This document shows positions 35,232-44,563 of a stretch of DNA of 58,674 bases, piece by piece. Within the stretch, counting starts at the first letter, position 1, and the number at the start of each line of letters is the position of its first letter. The stretch lies in NCBI GenBank assembly GCA_902558205.1, contig CACECY010000001.1:1-58674 (forward strand), read 5' to 3'. This stretch comes from an uncultured Pelagibacteraceae bacterium. Its GTDB lineage: Bacteria; Pseudomonadota; Alphaproteobacteria; Pelagibacterales; Pelagibacteraceae. The notes below the pieces were generated by a model. It was not told the origin of the DNA. It did no database searches and saw only the letters and a program-made list of their open reading frames with translations. Both the position numbers and the translations under genes were made by a program.

Positions 35232-36257
35232 TTAGTATTCTTTTGAAATAATTACAGTCTGATTAACCTTTTTGATAATGCACCCTGCTAAAGTCTCTTT
35301 TTTTAGAGTATCTTTAGCAATAATTTGTAAAATATTATCAATTTTTTTTCCTCTTGCAGAAAAATACTTCCCACCAATTTTTTTAAGTGAATCTGAAAAA
35401 GATCTAAATACCACTTCATATGGTTGATTAAAGAAAATCTTATTTAAAAAAAGCTTCTCACTCTTTTTATCTAAATATGAATTTATTTTTTTATTTTGTT
35501 CAGTATAAAACATTATCGCTTTATCGGAGCTTTTTAAATTCCTTAAAGTTAAAAACAATTTATCTTTTTCAAGACCACTCTTTTTGAAATTATTAATTAT
35601 TTTTCTTATTTTTACTCTTTGAAAATAATCATTATCGTTTGATTGATCTTCAACAAAAAAATTAAAAACATGCTTCGCTGTAAATTCTAAATCTTTTTTT
35701 TCAAAATTTAACAATGGTCTAATTAAATTTATTTCTTTAATGATTGTTTTTTTTTCAAGAGAAACTAGCCCTTTTAATCCACTGCCTCTTGTCATTCTAA
35801 TAAAAAAATTTTCAAATAAATCATCCAGGTGATGACCTACAATCAAATTAGAAATTTTTAGTCTTTTACATTTTGCAAATAATAAATTATATCTTTTTTC
35901 CCTAGCTAAAGATTGAATATTACTGAGGGGTTTTTTTCCATTCCAGTTAAGTATTTCAAGTTTAATTCCAAAATTATTTAGTACTTTTTGTACTTTTTGA
36001 GCTTCCTTAGTAGACTCTTTCCTGAGTTTATGGTCTACAAGAAAATATTTACTATTTAAGTTATATTTTGTAGCAAAGATTTTTGTAAAAAAAGCTAATG
36101 CAAGACTATCAGGGCCTCCAGAAACTGCCACAACAAAGCTTTTCTTTATCTTAAAATTTTTTTTAAATATCTTAAATAAATTATTAATCTTACTATTTGA
36201 TAATTTCGATACTAAATTTTTAGGAATTTTGATTGCATTCAAATTTTTGAGACTCAT
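35232..36257 (-). CDS. tilS: tRNA(Ile)-lysidine synthetase (start likely ATG 36257)
   Basis: AVSGGPDS PP-loop, DHKLR, AREKRY, GHHLDD and RPLL; cpoB-tilS-ftsH synteny. Confidence 0.93.
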   Translation of the reverse strand: MSLKNLNAIKIPKNLVSKLSNSKINNLFKIFKKNFKIKKSFVVAVSGGPDSLALAFFTKIFATKYNLNSKYFLVDHKLRKESTKEAQKVQKVLNNFGIKLEILNWNGKKPLSNIQSLAREKRYNLLFAKCKRLKISNLIVGHHLDDLFENFFIRMTRGSGLKGLVSLEKKTIIKEINLIRPLLNFEKKDLEFTAKHVFNFFVEDQSNDNDYFQRVKIRKIINNFKKSGLEKDKLFLTLRNLKSSDKAIMFYTEQNKKINSYLDKKSEKLFLNKIFFNQPYEVVFRSFSDSLKKIGGKYFSARGKKIDNILQIIAKDTLKKETLAGCIIKKVNQTVIISKEY

Positions 36258-37200
36258 ATTTAGCTTTTTGGATAACAGATTGATTTGCTTTTGGATATTG
36301 TTTTTCAACTCCATTTATCATTTTACATCCTTGATCTTTTTCTCCAATTTGAACCATTGATACTCCTAGCTTTAATAAATTTACTGGAGCTTTTTCACCT
36401 TTTGGGTATTTTTGATATCCTTCTAAATAAGCTGCTGCTGCATCGGTATATAATTGTCTAATTCTAAAAGTTTCAGCATACCAATATTGAGCGTTACCAG
36501 CTAACTGATGATCTGGGTTAGATAAAACAAATTCTCTGAAAGCTCTTTCTGCTGTTGGGTAATCTCCTACTTTTAAAAAACTAGTTGCAAACTCATATTG
36601 TTTATCAGGAGTTTCATTTGGTAAAATCTTTTCTTCTGCTTGAAAAGTTTCTGTTACTATAGAGGCTGTTGTTTCTACAGATTCGATTTTTTGGGTTGTT
36701 TCTTTTGTAGCAGTATCTTTATAAGAAACAGATCCAAGATCCTGAGGTGTCGATGACCCAGGTAAAATATTTTCTTCAGAAAATTTTTTAATATTATTAT
36801 TATCGATGATTGCACCGGAACCTAAGGCCATTTCTATATCCTGAAATCTTATTTGATTATCAGCCTGAACTTTTGATAATCTATTAGATAATTTATCTAA
36901 TTTAAAATTAATTTCCTCAAATTTATTAGTAAGCTCCTGAAATTGATTTTCAATGTCTGATAATTTTAATAAATGTCTTGTTAAAACATCCTCAGAATTA
37001 TTTTCAAAATTTGATAAGCCTGATGTGTTGCTACTAGTATTTATTGAGTCTGAATAAACTGCTTTCTCAAGAGTCTTGATGTCTTTCTGAATCATCTCTA
37101 GCGTTTCATAAATATTATGATTGTCCCCAAATGAAATATTGGTTTCAAGCAGGCTAAACAAAATTAGTGTCTTTACTAATAATAAATTTTTAAATTTCAT
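36220..37200 (-). CDS. cpoB: Tol-Pal associated protein CpoB/YbgF (start likely ATG 37200)
   Basis: Signal peptide, coiled coil, C-terminal TPRs (AGNAQYWYAE, KAPVNLLKLG); follows pal. Confidence 0.9.
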   Translation of the reverse strand: MKFKNLLLVKTLILFSLLETNISFGDNHNIYETLEMIQKDIKTLEKAVYSDSINTSSNTSGLSNFENNSEDVLTRHLLKLSDIENQFQELTNKFEEINFKLDKLSNRLSKVQADNQIRFQDIEMALGSGAIIDNNNIKKFSEENILPGSSTPQDLGSVSYKDTATKETTQKIESVETTASIVTETFQAEEKILPNETPDKQYEFATSFLKVGDYPTAERAFREFVLSNPDHQLAGNAQYWYAETFRIRQLYTDAAAAYLEGYQKYPKGEKAPVNLLKLGVSMVQIGEKDQGCKMINGVEKQYPKANQSVIQKAKYESQKFECNQNS

Positions 37201-37229
37201 TAATAATGACTTATGTTTATAAAAATGGC

Positions 37230-37269
37230 AAAAAAAAGACCCCTTAATTATCATTGATTAAGGGGTCTT
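37230..37269 (-). terminator. Rho-independent terminator after pal
   Basis: Perfect 13-bp stem AAGACCCCTTAAT / ATTAAGGGGTCTT followed by a T-run on the minus strand. Confidence 0.85.
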
Positions 37270-37287
37270 AAAATTTAGAAATATTTA

Positions 37288-37767
37288 TTAATTTGCTTTA
37301 ACAGTGACCGATCTTCTGTTTTTTGACCAAGCTAGTGGGTTAGAACCAGAGTCTACTGGTCTTTCTTTACCATAACTTAGAACTGATATTCTGTCTGATG
37401 AAATACCATAAGTCATCAAATAATCTTTAGCAGCATTTGCTCTTCTTTCACCTAAAGCTAAGTTGTACTCTCTTGTACCCCTTTCATCAGCATGACCTTC
37501 AAGAACAATTGTAACATTTGAATTTTTTCTTAACCATCCAGCTTGCTTTCTTAATGTTTCTCTTGATGCAGTTGTTAATACTGACTCATTAGTTGCAAAG
37601 AAAACTCTGTCTGGTACGCCTGATGCTAAATATTCAACAGTGTCTGTACCTGTATATACGTCACCTTGCATTTGTCCCGTAGAAACTTTTTTTGTTGCAC
37701 ATGCACTTAATGCAAAACATGCAAGCAAAATTAAAAGTGTGTTTTTTAGAATTTTGTTTAATTTCAT
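37288..37767 (-). CDS. pal: Peptidoglycan-associated lipoprotein
   Basis: Lipobox LSAC, EGHADERGTREYNLALGERRA and SYGKERP; GGAG Shine-Dalgarno. Confidence 0.97.
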   Translation of the reverse strand: MKLNKILKNTLLILLACFALSACATKKVSTGQMQGDVYTGTDTVEYLASGVPDRVFFATNESVLTTASRETLRKQAGWLRKNSNVTIVLEGHADERGTREYNLALGERRANAAKDYLMTYGISSDRISVLSYGKERPVDSGSNPLAWSKNRRSVTVKAN

Positions 37768-37852
37768 TATTACTCCTTAATCAATATTTCTTATTCTTAA
37801 TATTTTCACACCTAAGTAGACGTTTCAAGATAAAAAATCAACTATTTTAGGG

Positions 37853-39205
37853 TTAATTACTTAATAATGATGACCACGATGGGTCTGACCCGTCTATAGG
37901 AGTTTTTACCATTCTTTCGTTGTATCCTGTAAGATCAATAGACCACAGTTTGGCTGAAAAACCTTCACCTTTATCATTAGTTTTTGTTTCCCTATAAAAA
38001 ATAAGAACTCTTCCATTTGGAGACCATGAGGGGGCTTCTTGATAGTAATTTTCAGTCAATAATCTTTCACCACTTCCATCTGTTCTCATTACCCCTATAT
38101 AAAACTTACCTTTATGTAATTTTGTAAAAGCAATCAAGTCGCCTCTTGGCGACCAGACTGGTGTACCATAAATTCCATTACCGAAAGAAATTCTTTTAAC
38201 ATTACTACCATCATTTTTCATAACATAAATTTGCTGATAACCACTTCTATCAGAGTTAAAACAAATAAATTTTCCATCTGGTGAATAAGATGGAGATGTA
38301 TCAATTGATGGATGATTAGTGATTTTTTCTACAATTCTATTTTCAAGATCCATTGTATAAATATCAGAGTTTCCATCTTTTGCAAAACTCATAATTATTT
38401 TTTTTCCATTAGGTGAAAAACGTGGTGCAAATGTCATTCCAGGAAAATCACCCACAACTTCTTGCATACCAGTCTCAATATCTAAAAGGTATACTCTTGG
38501 TAAGTTTCTAAAATAAGAAAGATATGTTACCATTTGATTAGTAGGATTAAATCTTGGTGTCAAAACAAGCTCATTTCCTAATGTTAAATATTTATTATTT
38601 GCACCATCTTGATCCATGATAGCTAATTTTTTTACTCTTTTAGTTTTTGGTCCTTCTTCTGCTACATAAATAATTCTTGTGTCAAAATAACCTTTTTCAC
38701 CAGTTAATCTCTCATAAACTTTATCTGATATAATATGACCAACTCTTCTCCAGTTAGTTGGTACTGTAGTGAATGCAAGTGCCATCATTTCTTTTCCTGC
38801 TAGCACATCCCACAATCTAAATTCAACTCTTAACTTATCATCTATGTTAGTCACTTTGCCTGTAATTAATGCTTGAGCTTTAATTAAATTCCAATCTTCA
38901 AATCTTGGTTTTAGATTAGCTATATCGGGCGCTTGAAGAAAAGCATCTTTGTTTAATGGATTAAAAAGTCCAGAAGTTCTTAAATTATTTTCAACAATCA
39001 ATGATATTTCTTCTCCTATATTCTTTTTTTTGAGTAAATTTTCGAAACTTTTTTTAGATTTCTGATCTATGGACAGTGGTGAGACTGCTACTGGTAATGG
39101 ATTTAAATTACCTCTAGTGATATCAACTTCAATTAAACTGTATGATTTAATTGGAGTAAATAAAAATATCAATATTGGTAATAAAATAAATCTAATATTT
39201 TTCAT
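37853..39205 (-). CDS. tolB: Tol-Pal beta-propeller protein TolB
   Basis: G.FDTRI.YV, MDQDGAN, repeated P.WSP/FSP-(D/N)G (PD40) repeats. Confidence 0.96.
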   Translation of the reverse strand: MKNIRFILLPILIFLFTPIKSYSLIEVDITRGNLNPLPVAVSPLSIDQKSKKSFENLLKKKNIGEEISLIVENNLRTSGLFNPLNKDAFLQAPDIANLKPRFEDWNLIKAQALITGKVTNIDDKLRVEFRLWDVLAGKEMMALAFTTVPTNWRRVGHIISDKVYERLTGEKGYFDTRIIYVAEEGPKTKRVKKLAIMDQDGANNKYLTLGNELVLTPRFNPTNQMVTYLSYFRNLPRVYLLDIETGMQEVVGDFPGMTFAPRFSPNGKKIIMSFAKDGNSDIYTMDLENRIVEKITNHPSIDTSPSYSPDGKFICFNSDRSGYQQIYVMKNDGSNVKRISFGNGIYGTPVWSPRGDLIAFTKLHKGKFYIGVMRTDGSGERLLTENYYQEAPSWSPNGRVLIFYRETKTNDKGEGFSAKLWSIDLTGYNERMVKTPIDGSDPSWSSLLSN

Positions 39206-39207
39206 AT

Positions 39208-40017
39208 TTATCCCTCTAACATTTCTCTCGCATCAAAATTTAATTGTAACTGTTTCCATCTCTCATATCCAGTTGTTGGTACTCTCAATGGTTGACATAA
39301 TTTAACAGCTCTTAGAGCGCTTTCAGCTAAAACTTTATAAAATCCTTGGCCTGGTTTATTCATTCTTGCATGGTCTAAAATTTCTGATTTACTAATTGAA
39401 CCATCAGGTTTTAATTCAAGTTTAATTCTAACTAATAAATTTTCATTATAAGGTAAACCAAGTGGAATACTCCAACAACCAAAAATTTGTGCTTTTAATG
39501 CGTCCTCCTCACTTAAAGTTAGACCTGTATTATCAAATTTCTTAGATTGATCTTGCGTAATCTGGTCAGTTTTATTAACTTCTAAAGCTACCTCCTCTTT
39601 AGATTTGTCTATAAGTGCTGCAATATTATTTGGATCAAATAATTCCTCTTTTTCAAACTCAGAAACTTGTTTTACTTCATTATCAATTTTTTCAGGATTT
39701 TGAGTATCATCCTTTACTTTTTCAACTTTTTTCACTTTATCCTCTGGCATTGGTACTGCATCTGGCTTTTTCTTTTTTACTTTTTTTGGTGGCGCCTGTT
39801 CTGAGACAAGTTTTTTCTCTTTTTCTTTAACTTTTTCAATAATTTTTTTTGCCTTTGGTGCAAAAGGTATATTTGTTTTTTCAGTAATTTGAATTAATTC
39901 GACAGATACAATTGGAGGGAGATCAATCGCTTTTTTAGATAAAAACGGAAGGCTCATAGCAGTTATTATAATGATGAATAGATGAAAAACAGAAGATAAA
40001 AGTATGCTTCTATTCAT
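39208..40017 (-). CDS. tolA: TolA
   Basis: N-terminal TM with S..H motif (SSVFH), Lys/Glu-rich linker, C-terminal domain QIFGCWSIP...AESALRAV. Confidence 0.85.
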   Translation of the reverse strand: MNRSILLSSVFHLFIIIITAMSLPFLSKKAIDLPPIVSVELIQITEKTNIPFAPKAKKIIEKVKEKEKKLVSEQAPPKKVKKKKPDAVPMPEDKVKKVEKVKDDTQNPEKIDNEVKQVSEFEKEELFDPNNIAALIDKSKEEVALEVNKTDQITQDQSKKFDNTGLTLSEEDALKAQIFGCWSIPLGLPYNENLLVRIKLELKPDGSISKSEILDHARMNKPGQGFYKVLAESALRAVKLCQPLRVPTTGYERWKQLQLNFDAREMLEG

Positions 40018-40024
40018 TTCATTA

Positions 40025-40441
40025 TTACCTTTCTTTATATGGTTCTGATATCAGTGCTACTTTTGTAAAACCCGATCCTGAGAGAAGCCCCATAATCTCT
40101 AAAACTCTTCCATAGTTTATTGTTTTATCACCTCTTACATAGATACGTGTGTCTGTTCTATTTTTTGAAACAGCTAGAACTTTAGCAATTATCTTATCAT
40201 ACTCAACTTTTGACTCTTGGATAAAAATTTCTCCCTTTGAATTGATAGACAAAGTTAACGGTTCCTGTTCTTCAGGTAATGAGTCTGCTGAGCTTTCAGG
40301 TAAATCAACCTGAACACCAACTGTTAATAATGGTGCTGTAACCATAAAAATAATTAATAAGACTAACATTACATCTACAAATGGTGTCACATTAATTTCA
40401 CTCATTGGTTCTTTTGATGAACGATTTAATTTGAATGCCAT
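40025..40441 (-). CDS. tolR: TolR
   Basis: EINVTPFVDVMLVLLIIFMVTAP motif. Confidence 0.96.
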   Translation of the reverse strand: MAFKLNRSSKEPMSEINVTPFVDVMLVLLIIFMVTAPLLTVGVQVDLPESSADSLPEEQEPLTLSINSKGEIFIQESKVEYDKIIAKVLAVSKNRTDTRIYVRGDKTINYGRVLEIMGLLSGSGFTKVALISEPYKER

Positions 40442-40448
40442 TTTTTAA

Positions 40449-41123
40449 TTAAATAATTGATAGAAATCTTTTCGAAAAACTTTCTAATTTTTGTGAATAT
40501 TTTCTACTATCATTATTAAACCTATTATAGGCAACTACCGCTGGAATCGCTGCAAGCAAACCAAGCGCTGTAGCAAACAATGCCTCAGCAATACCTGGTG
40601 CAACAATAGCAAGACTGGTATTTCTTGAGATAGCTATTGACTGAAAAGAATTCATTATTCCCCAAACTGTTCCAAACAATCCTATAAATGGTGCAGTAGA
40701 TCCTACTGTGGCTAGAAAAGTAAAACCTTTTTCAATTTTTGAAATTTGTTTTTCAATTCCAACTTCTAAAATTCCACTCATTTTTTCTGCTAAATTTGTT
40801 TTTGATTTTGATTTTAAAAGCCCTTGCATAGACTCTTTAAATAAAGATGTCATAGGGTCCTCAACTTGTGATGGTAAACTGTTGTAAAAGGTTTCTGCAG
40901 ATTTTGATCTCCAAAATTTTTCCTCAAATTCTTCAGATGAAATATTTATTTTTTTAAATAACTTGAATTTATCAATAATAATTGCCCAAGAGTATATTGA
41001 ACAAACTATTAATGAAATAATTACAGTTTTAACAATGATGTCTGCCCTTAAAAAAAGGTTTATTAGAGAAAAATCTGCACTAGACGCCAAACCTACCGCT
41101 TGAGATGATATATCTGCTTCCAT
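40449..41123 (-). CDS. tolQ: TolQ
   Basis: APFIGLFGTVWGIM and PGIAEALFATALGL motifs. Confidence 0.96.
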   Translation of the reverse strand: MEADISSQAVGLASSADFSLINLFLRADIIVKTVIISLIVCSIYSWAIIIDKFKLFKKINISSEEFEEKFWRSKSAETFYNSLPSQVEDPMTSLFKESMQGLLKSKSKTNLAEKMSGILEVGIEKQISKIEKGFTFLATVGSTAPFIGLFGTVWGIMNSFQSIAISRNTSLAIVAPGIAEALFATALGLLAAIPAVVAYNRFNNDSRKYSQKLESFSKRFLSII

Positions 41124-41177
41124 TTTTAACCTATCACACTGAAATGTGTCATCAATTTGTTCTTAAAAACTCTTATA

Positions 41178-41672
41178 CTATTCCTCTTTTCTAAATGTTT
41201 CATAATAATAACTAGCAATTAAGATTGCATCTGCTTTATTTGAGTCTTTTTTTTTTGCTAAATTTAATGAAAAATAAGGAAATATTTCTATCGCCTTTGT
41301 CCTACTGGCATCTTTTTGTGAATTAATTAAATTAAAATATTTTTTCCATTTAGCTGGTCTTACAAAATACATTGGAAGTTGCATTGCAGAGCATATGCCT
41401 TTTAATATTCCAAAAGACTGACCAAAATTAAACATACTAGTAACACCTTGACCAGGCATAGCCGATACTTGTTCGATTATCACTCTAATATCCCTCTTAT
41501 CGATATGTTTAATTCTTTTAATGAATTCATTATATATTTGAGATCCATTCACCTGTTTTTTATTTTTTTTCCCCTCAATCATAGTTGGCATTTCAATTAC
41601 ATCTAAAATTTTTCCATCCTTAAAGAAACAAATTGATCCAGATATACCGGGGTCTATTCCAATTATAAGCAT
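41178..41672 (-). CDS. RuvC-fold Holliday junction resolvase, MOC1/phage-like subtype
   Basis: IIGIDPG, VIIEQ, GVTSMFNFG, P.KWKKYF, KDASR...FP and KKDSNKADAILIA; sits in the ruvC slot after yebC. Confidence 0.8.
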   Translation of the reverse strand: MLIIGIDPGISGSICFFKDGKILDVIEMPTMIEGKKNKKQVNGSQIYNEFIKRIKHIDKRDIRVIIEQVSAMPGQGVTSMFNFGQSFGILKGICSAMQLPMYFVRPAKWKKYFNLINSQKDASRTKAIEIFPYFSLNLAKKKDSNKADAILIASYYYETFRKEE

Positions 41673-42397
41673 CAGTTATTCCGAATTTCTACATTAGAAT
41701 AAATATTTTGGACATCATCATTATCCTCTAATGTATCAAAAAAATCTATTAATTTTTCTTGTTGATCGTCAGAAATCTTAACACTATTCAGGGGAATCCA
41801 TTCAATTTCAGTTGATACGAAATTTTCAATTTTTTTTTCTAAATTTTTTTTTACATTATAAATCTCGTTAACTGAACACTGTATCTCGTGGATATTATCT
41901 TTTGTTATACATTCATCTGCACCTGCTTCTATGGCTAATTCAAGAATCTGCTCCTCAGAAATCTCAGATTTATTAATCTTGATAACACCCATTTGATTGA
42001 AATTGTGTGAGGCAGACCCTTGGGTACCAAGACTCCCACCAGCTTTTTGAAAAATTGTTCTTATATTAGATGCTGTTCTGTTTTTATTATCAGTCAATGT
42101 TTCAACAATTACAGCAACCTTGTCGGGCCCAAAGCCCTCATACCTCAAATTTTCAAAATTTGAGGAAGTATTTATTGAAGATTTATCTATAGCTCGTTCA
42201 ATATTATCTTTAGGCATATTTGCAGATCTTGCAGCTTGGATTGCTGATCTTAATCTTGGGTTCATTGCTGGATCTTTATCTCCTAGTTTAGCTGCAACTG
42301 TAATTTCTTTTGATAGTTTAGAAAAAATTTTTGATCTTTGCTTGTCTGCTTTTCCTTTTTTATGCTTTATACCTGCCCAATGTGAATGACCCGCCAT
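41672..42397 (-). CDS. yebC: YebC/PmpR family protein
   Basis: MAGHSHWAGIKHKK, NPRLR, YEGFGP, TDNKNRT and DDVQNIYSN motifs. Confidence 0.96.
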   Translation of the reverse strand: MAGHSHWAGIKHKKGKADKQRSKIFSKLSKEITVAAKLGDKDPAMNPRLRSAIQAARSANMPKDNIERAIDKSSINTSSNFENLRYEGFGPDKVAVIVETLTDNKNRTASNIRTIFQKAGGSLGTQGSASHNFNQMGVIKINKSEISEEQILELAIEAGADECITKDNIHEIQCSVNEIYNVKKNLEKKIENFVSTEIEWIPLNSVKISDDQQEKLIDFFDTLEDNDDVQNIYSNVEIRNN

Positions 42398-42400
42398 AAT

Positions 42401-43207
42401 CTAAAATGTATTTTTTAACTGTCCACCGAAGATATAACTTTCTACGTGATTTGAAAGACCAGTTTTTAAATCACAATCAACTATTACACCACTTAAAGTA
42501 GCTTCGCCAACAGCAGGGAAATGTTTAACAGAACTTTCTCTAAAAAATCGATTAATTGAGTTTTGTTTATTCATTCCGATAACGGAGTCATAATCGCCAC
42601 ACATCCCTGCATCTGTTTGATAGGCTGTACCATTTTTTAAAATGCGTGCATCGTTAGTTGGTATGTGAGTGTGTGTTCCAACAACTAATGTGGCCTTACC
42701 ATCAAAATAATGACCAATTGCATTTTTTTCACTCGTAATTTCTCCATGAAAATCAACAATTAACAAATCATAATGTTCTTTTAAAACATGATCTTTCAAA
42801 AATTTTTTTGAAGCTTCAAAGACATCTTCGCATTTTTTCATAAATATATTTCCCATTAAGTTTAAAACTCCAATATTTATATTTTCAGATGTTTTATAAA
42901 TTTCAAATCCTTTCCCAGGTGACGGTTCAAATAAATTTAATGGTCTTAAAAGTCTATTTTCTTTATTTATATAATTCATTATTTCTTTTTGATCCCAAAC
43001 ATGATTACCAGATGTAATTACATTTACTCCACAGTTAAAAAAATCTTTGCATGTTTTTTCTGTTAGACCCACCCCAGGTTCTGCAGAATTTTCTCCATTC
43101 ACGATTACAAAATCAATTTTTTTTTTATCTATTTCTGACCTTAAATTATTCAAAATTTTTGAACATCCAGAAATCCCAACCACATCTCCTAAAAATAAAA
43201 TTCTCAT
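42401..43207 (-). CDS. YmdB-like (TIGR00282) metallophosphoesterase (start likely ATG 43207)
   Basis: FLGDVVG, NGEN, SGNHVWD, DFHGEITSEK and GTHTH motifs. Confidence 0.92.
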   Translation of the reverse strand: MRILFLGDVVGISGCSKILNNLRSEIDKKKIDFVIVNGENSAEPGVGLTEKTCKDFFNCGVNVITSGNHVWDQKEIMNYINKENRLLRPLNLFEPSPGKGFEIYKTSENINIGVLNLMGNIFMKKCEDVFEASKKFLKDHVLKEHYDLLIVDFHGEITSEKNAIGHYFDGKATLVVGTHTHIPTNDARILKNGTAYQTDAGMCGDYDSVIGMNKQNSINRFFRESSVKHFPAVGEATLSGVIVDCDLKTGLSNHVESYIFGGQLKNTF

Positions 43208-43749
43208 TCTAAAACTGTTTTTTCTGTAATAATACAATCTAGTTTTTGATCATATTTATCTATAGGTATATTTTTAACTTTTTGAAACGAAAAACCTACA
43301 CCTATTTTAAATAACTTATTTTTGATTTTTCTTTTTGATAGATATCTATCGTAATAACCCCCACCATACCCAAGTCTATTCAAATGATAATCAAAACCAA
43401 CTAAAGGAATCAATAAAATATTTGGATACATTTTTTTTCCTGAAATTGGTTCGGGAATACCATATTTATTAACTTTTAAAGGATCACTCTTGGACCATTT
43501 AAAAAAATTCATTTCATTGTTTTTTGAAACTTTTGGAAGTGAAAAAATGTAATTTTTTTTCTCTAGTTCTTCTAATATATTCAAAATTTCAATTTCAAAG
43601 TTAAATGGATAATAACCTCCAATAATTTTTGACCGTAATTTTTTTTTTTCTAATAATTTTAAAAGTTTAATTGCGCTAATAGAAAATTTTTTTGAGTAAT
43701 TTTTTTTTCTTAAACTAATTAATTTTTTTCTAATAGACGATTTATTCAC
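43204..43749 (-). CDS. ygfA: 5-formyltetrahydrofolate cyclo-ligase
   Basis: YGIPEP, PLVGFD, RLGYGGGYYDR and D..LD.IITE motifs. Confidence 0.93.
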   Translation of the reverse strand: MNKSSIRKKLISLRKKNYSKKFSISAIKLLKLLEKKKLRSKIIGGYYPFNFEIEILNILEELEKKNYIFSLPKVSKNNEMNFFKWSKSDPLKVNKYGIPEPISGKKMYPNILLIPLVGFDYHLNRLGYGGGYYDRYLSKRKIKNKLFKIGVGFSFQKVKNIPIDKYDQKLDCIITEKTVLE

Positions 43750-43755
43750 TATGAT

Positions 43756-44199
43756 CTAAGATAATTTTTCTGTATTAGTTTTATCTATAAAATTTGATAT
43801 CTCATTAGCTGTTTGATCAATTATTTTTTCATAATTTTTTTGATTATTTTCAATTTCTATTTTTAAATTATCATGTTTTTTATTTAAACTTTTAATTTCT
43901 TCTTGTTTTTTATCTCTGTAATCATAAACTAAACTTTTTAATTCTCTAAATTTATTTGAAAGCTCTTTTAATTCATCTTTCTTTTGTTCAATTTTCTTTC
44001 TAGTTTCGTGATATTCATCCATTACCTTGACAGCTGTAATTAAAAGTAATTTATTTTCACCCAAATTTCCAAGATCATTCTTAAGTTCATTAAATTTTTT
44101 ATTTAGTTGGATCAAAAGTTCTTCAAGATGCTCTTCTTGACCATCATCACATGATAATAGAAACTCTTTACCATTAAATTTAATACTTACGTTTGCCAT
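43756..44199 (-). CDS. zapA: Cell division protein ZapA with C-terminal coiled coil
   Basis: V.IKFNGKEF.L.CDDGQEEHL and LLLITA..VMDE; upstream of ygfA. Confidence 0.88.
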   Translation of the reverse strand: MANVSIKFNGKEFLLSCDDGQEEHLEELLIQLNKKFNELKNDLGNLGENKLLLITAVKVMDEYHETRKKIEQKKDELKELSNKFRELKSLVYDYRDKKQEEIKSLNKKHDNLKIEIENNQKNYEKIIDQTANEISNFIDKTNTEKLS

Positions 44200-44510
44200 T
44201 TATCTATTTCTTCTAACAGAGTATCCGTTTCTTGGTTTAATTCATCAATTTTTTCTGAGAACTCAATTTGTTTTCTTTTTTCTACCTCTTTATTATTTTG
44301 AATGATTTCAATTTTATTTGATAAAAGCTCATAATCTTCTTTCAAAACATTGTATTTTTCTTCAAGATCTTTTTTTTCAATTTCTAATTGATTCTTTTTA
44401 TTTTTTAACTCTTTCAAGTTTATATTTATTTCTGGATTTTTTAGATTTAGATTTTTTAATCTTTCTAAAACAGAATTCAATTTTTTTTCTTTCTCAGTGA
44501 TGTAATTCAT
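44187..44510 (-). CDS. Small coiled-coil protein upstream of zapA (ZapB/ZauP/DUF4164-like by position)
   Basis: 107 aa of heptad-rich Lys/Glu sequence; overlaps the zapA start; divergent from tkt. Confidence 0.6.
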   Translation of the reverse strand: MNYITEKEKKLNSVLERLKNLNLKNPEININLKELKNKKNQLEIEKKDLEEKYNVLKEDYELLSNKIEIIQNNKEVEKRKQIEFSEKIDELNQETDTLLEEIDKWQT

Positions 44511-44563
44511 ATATATATGTTTATAATATTAAATAGATTCTTCTAAGTCTACACAGGATAATT

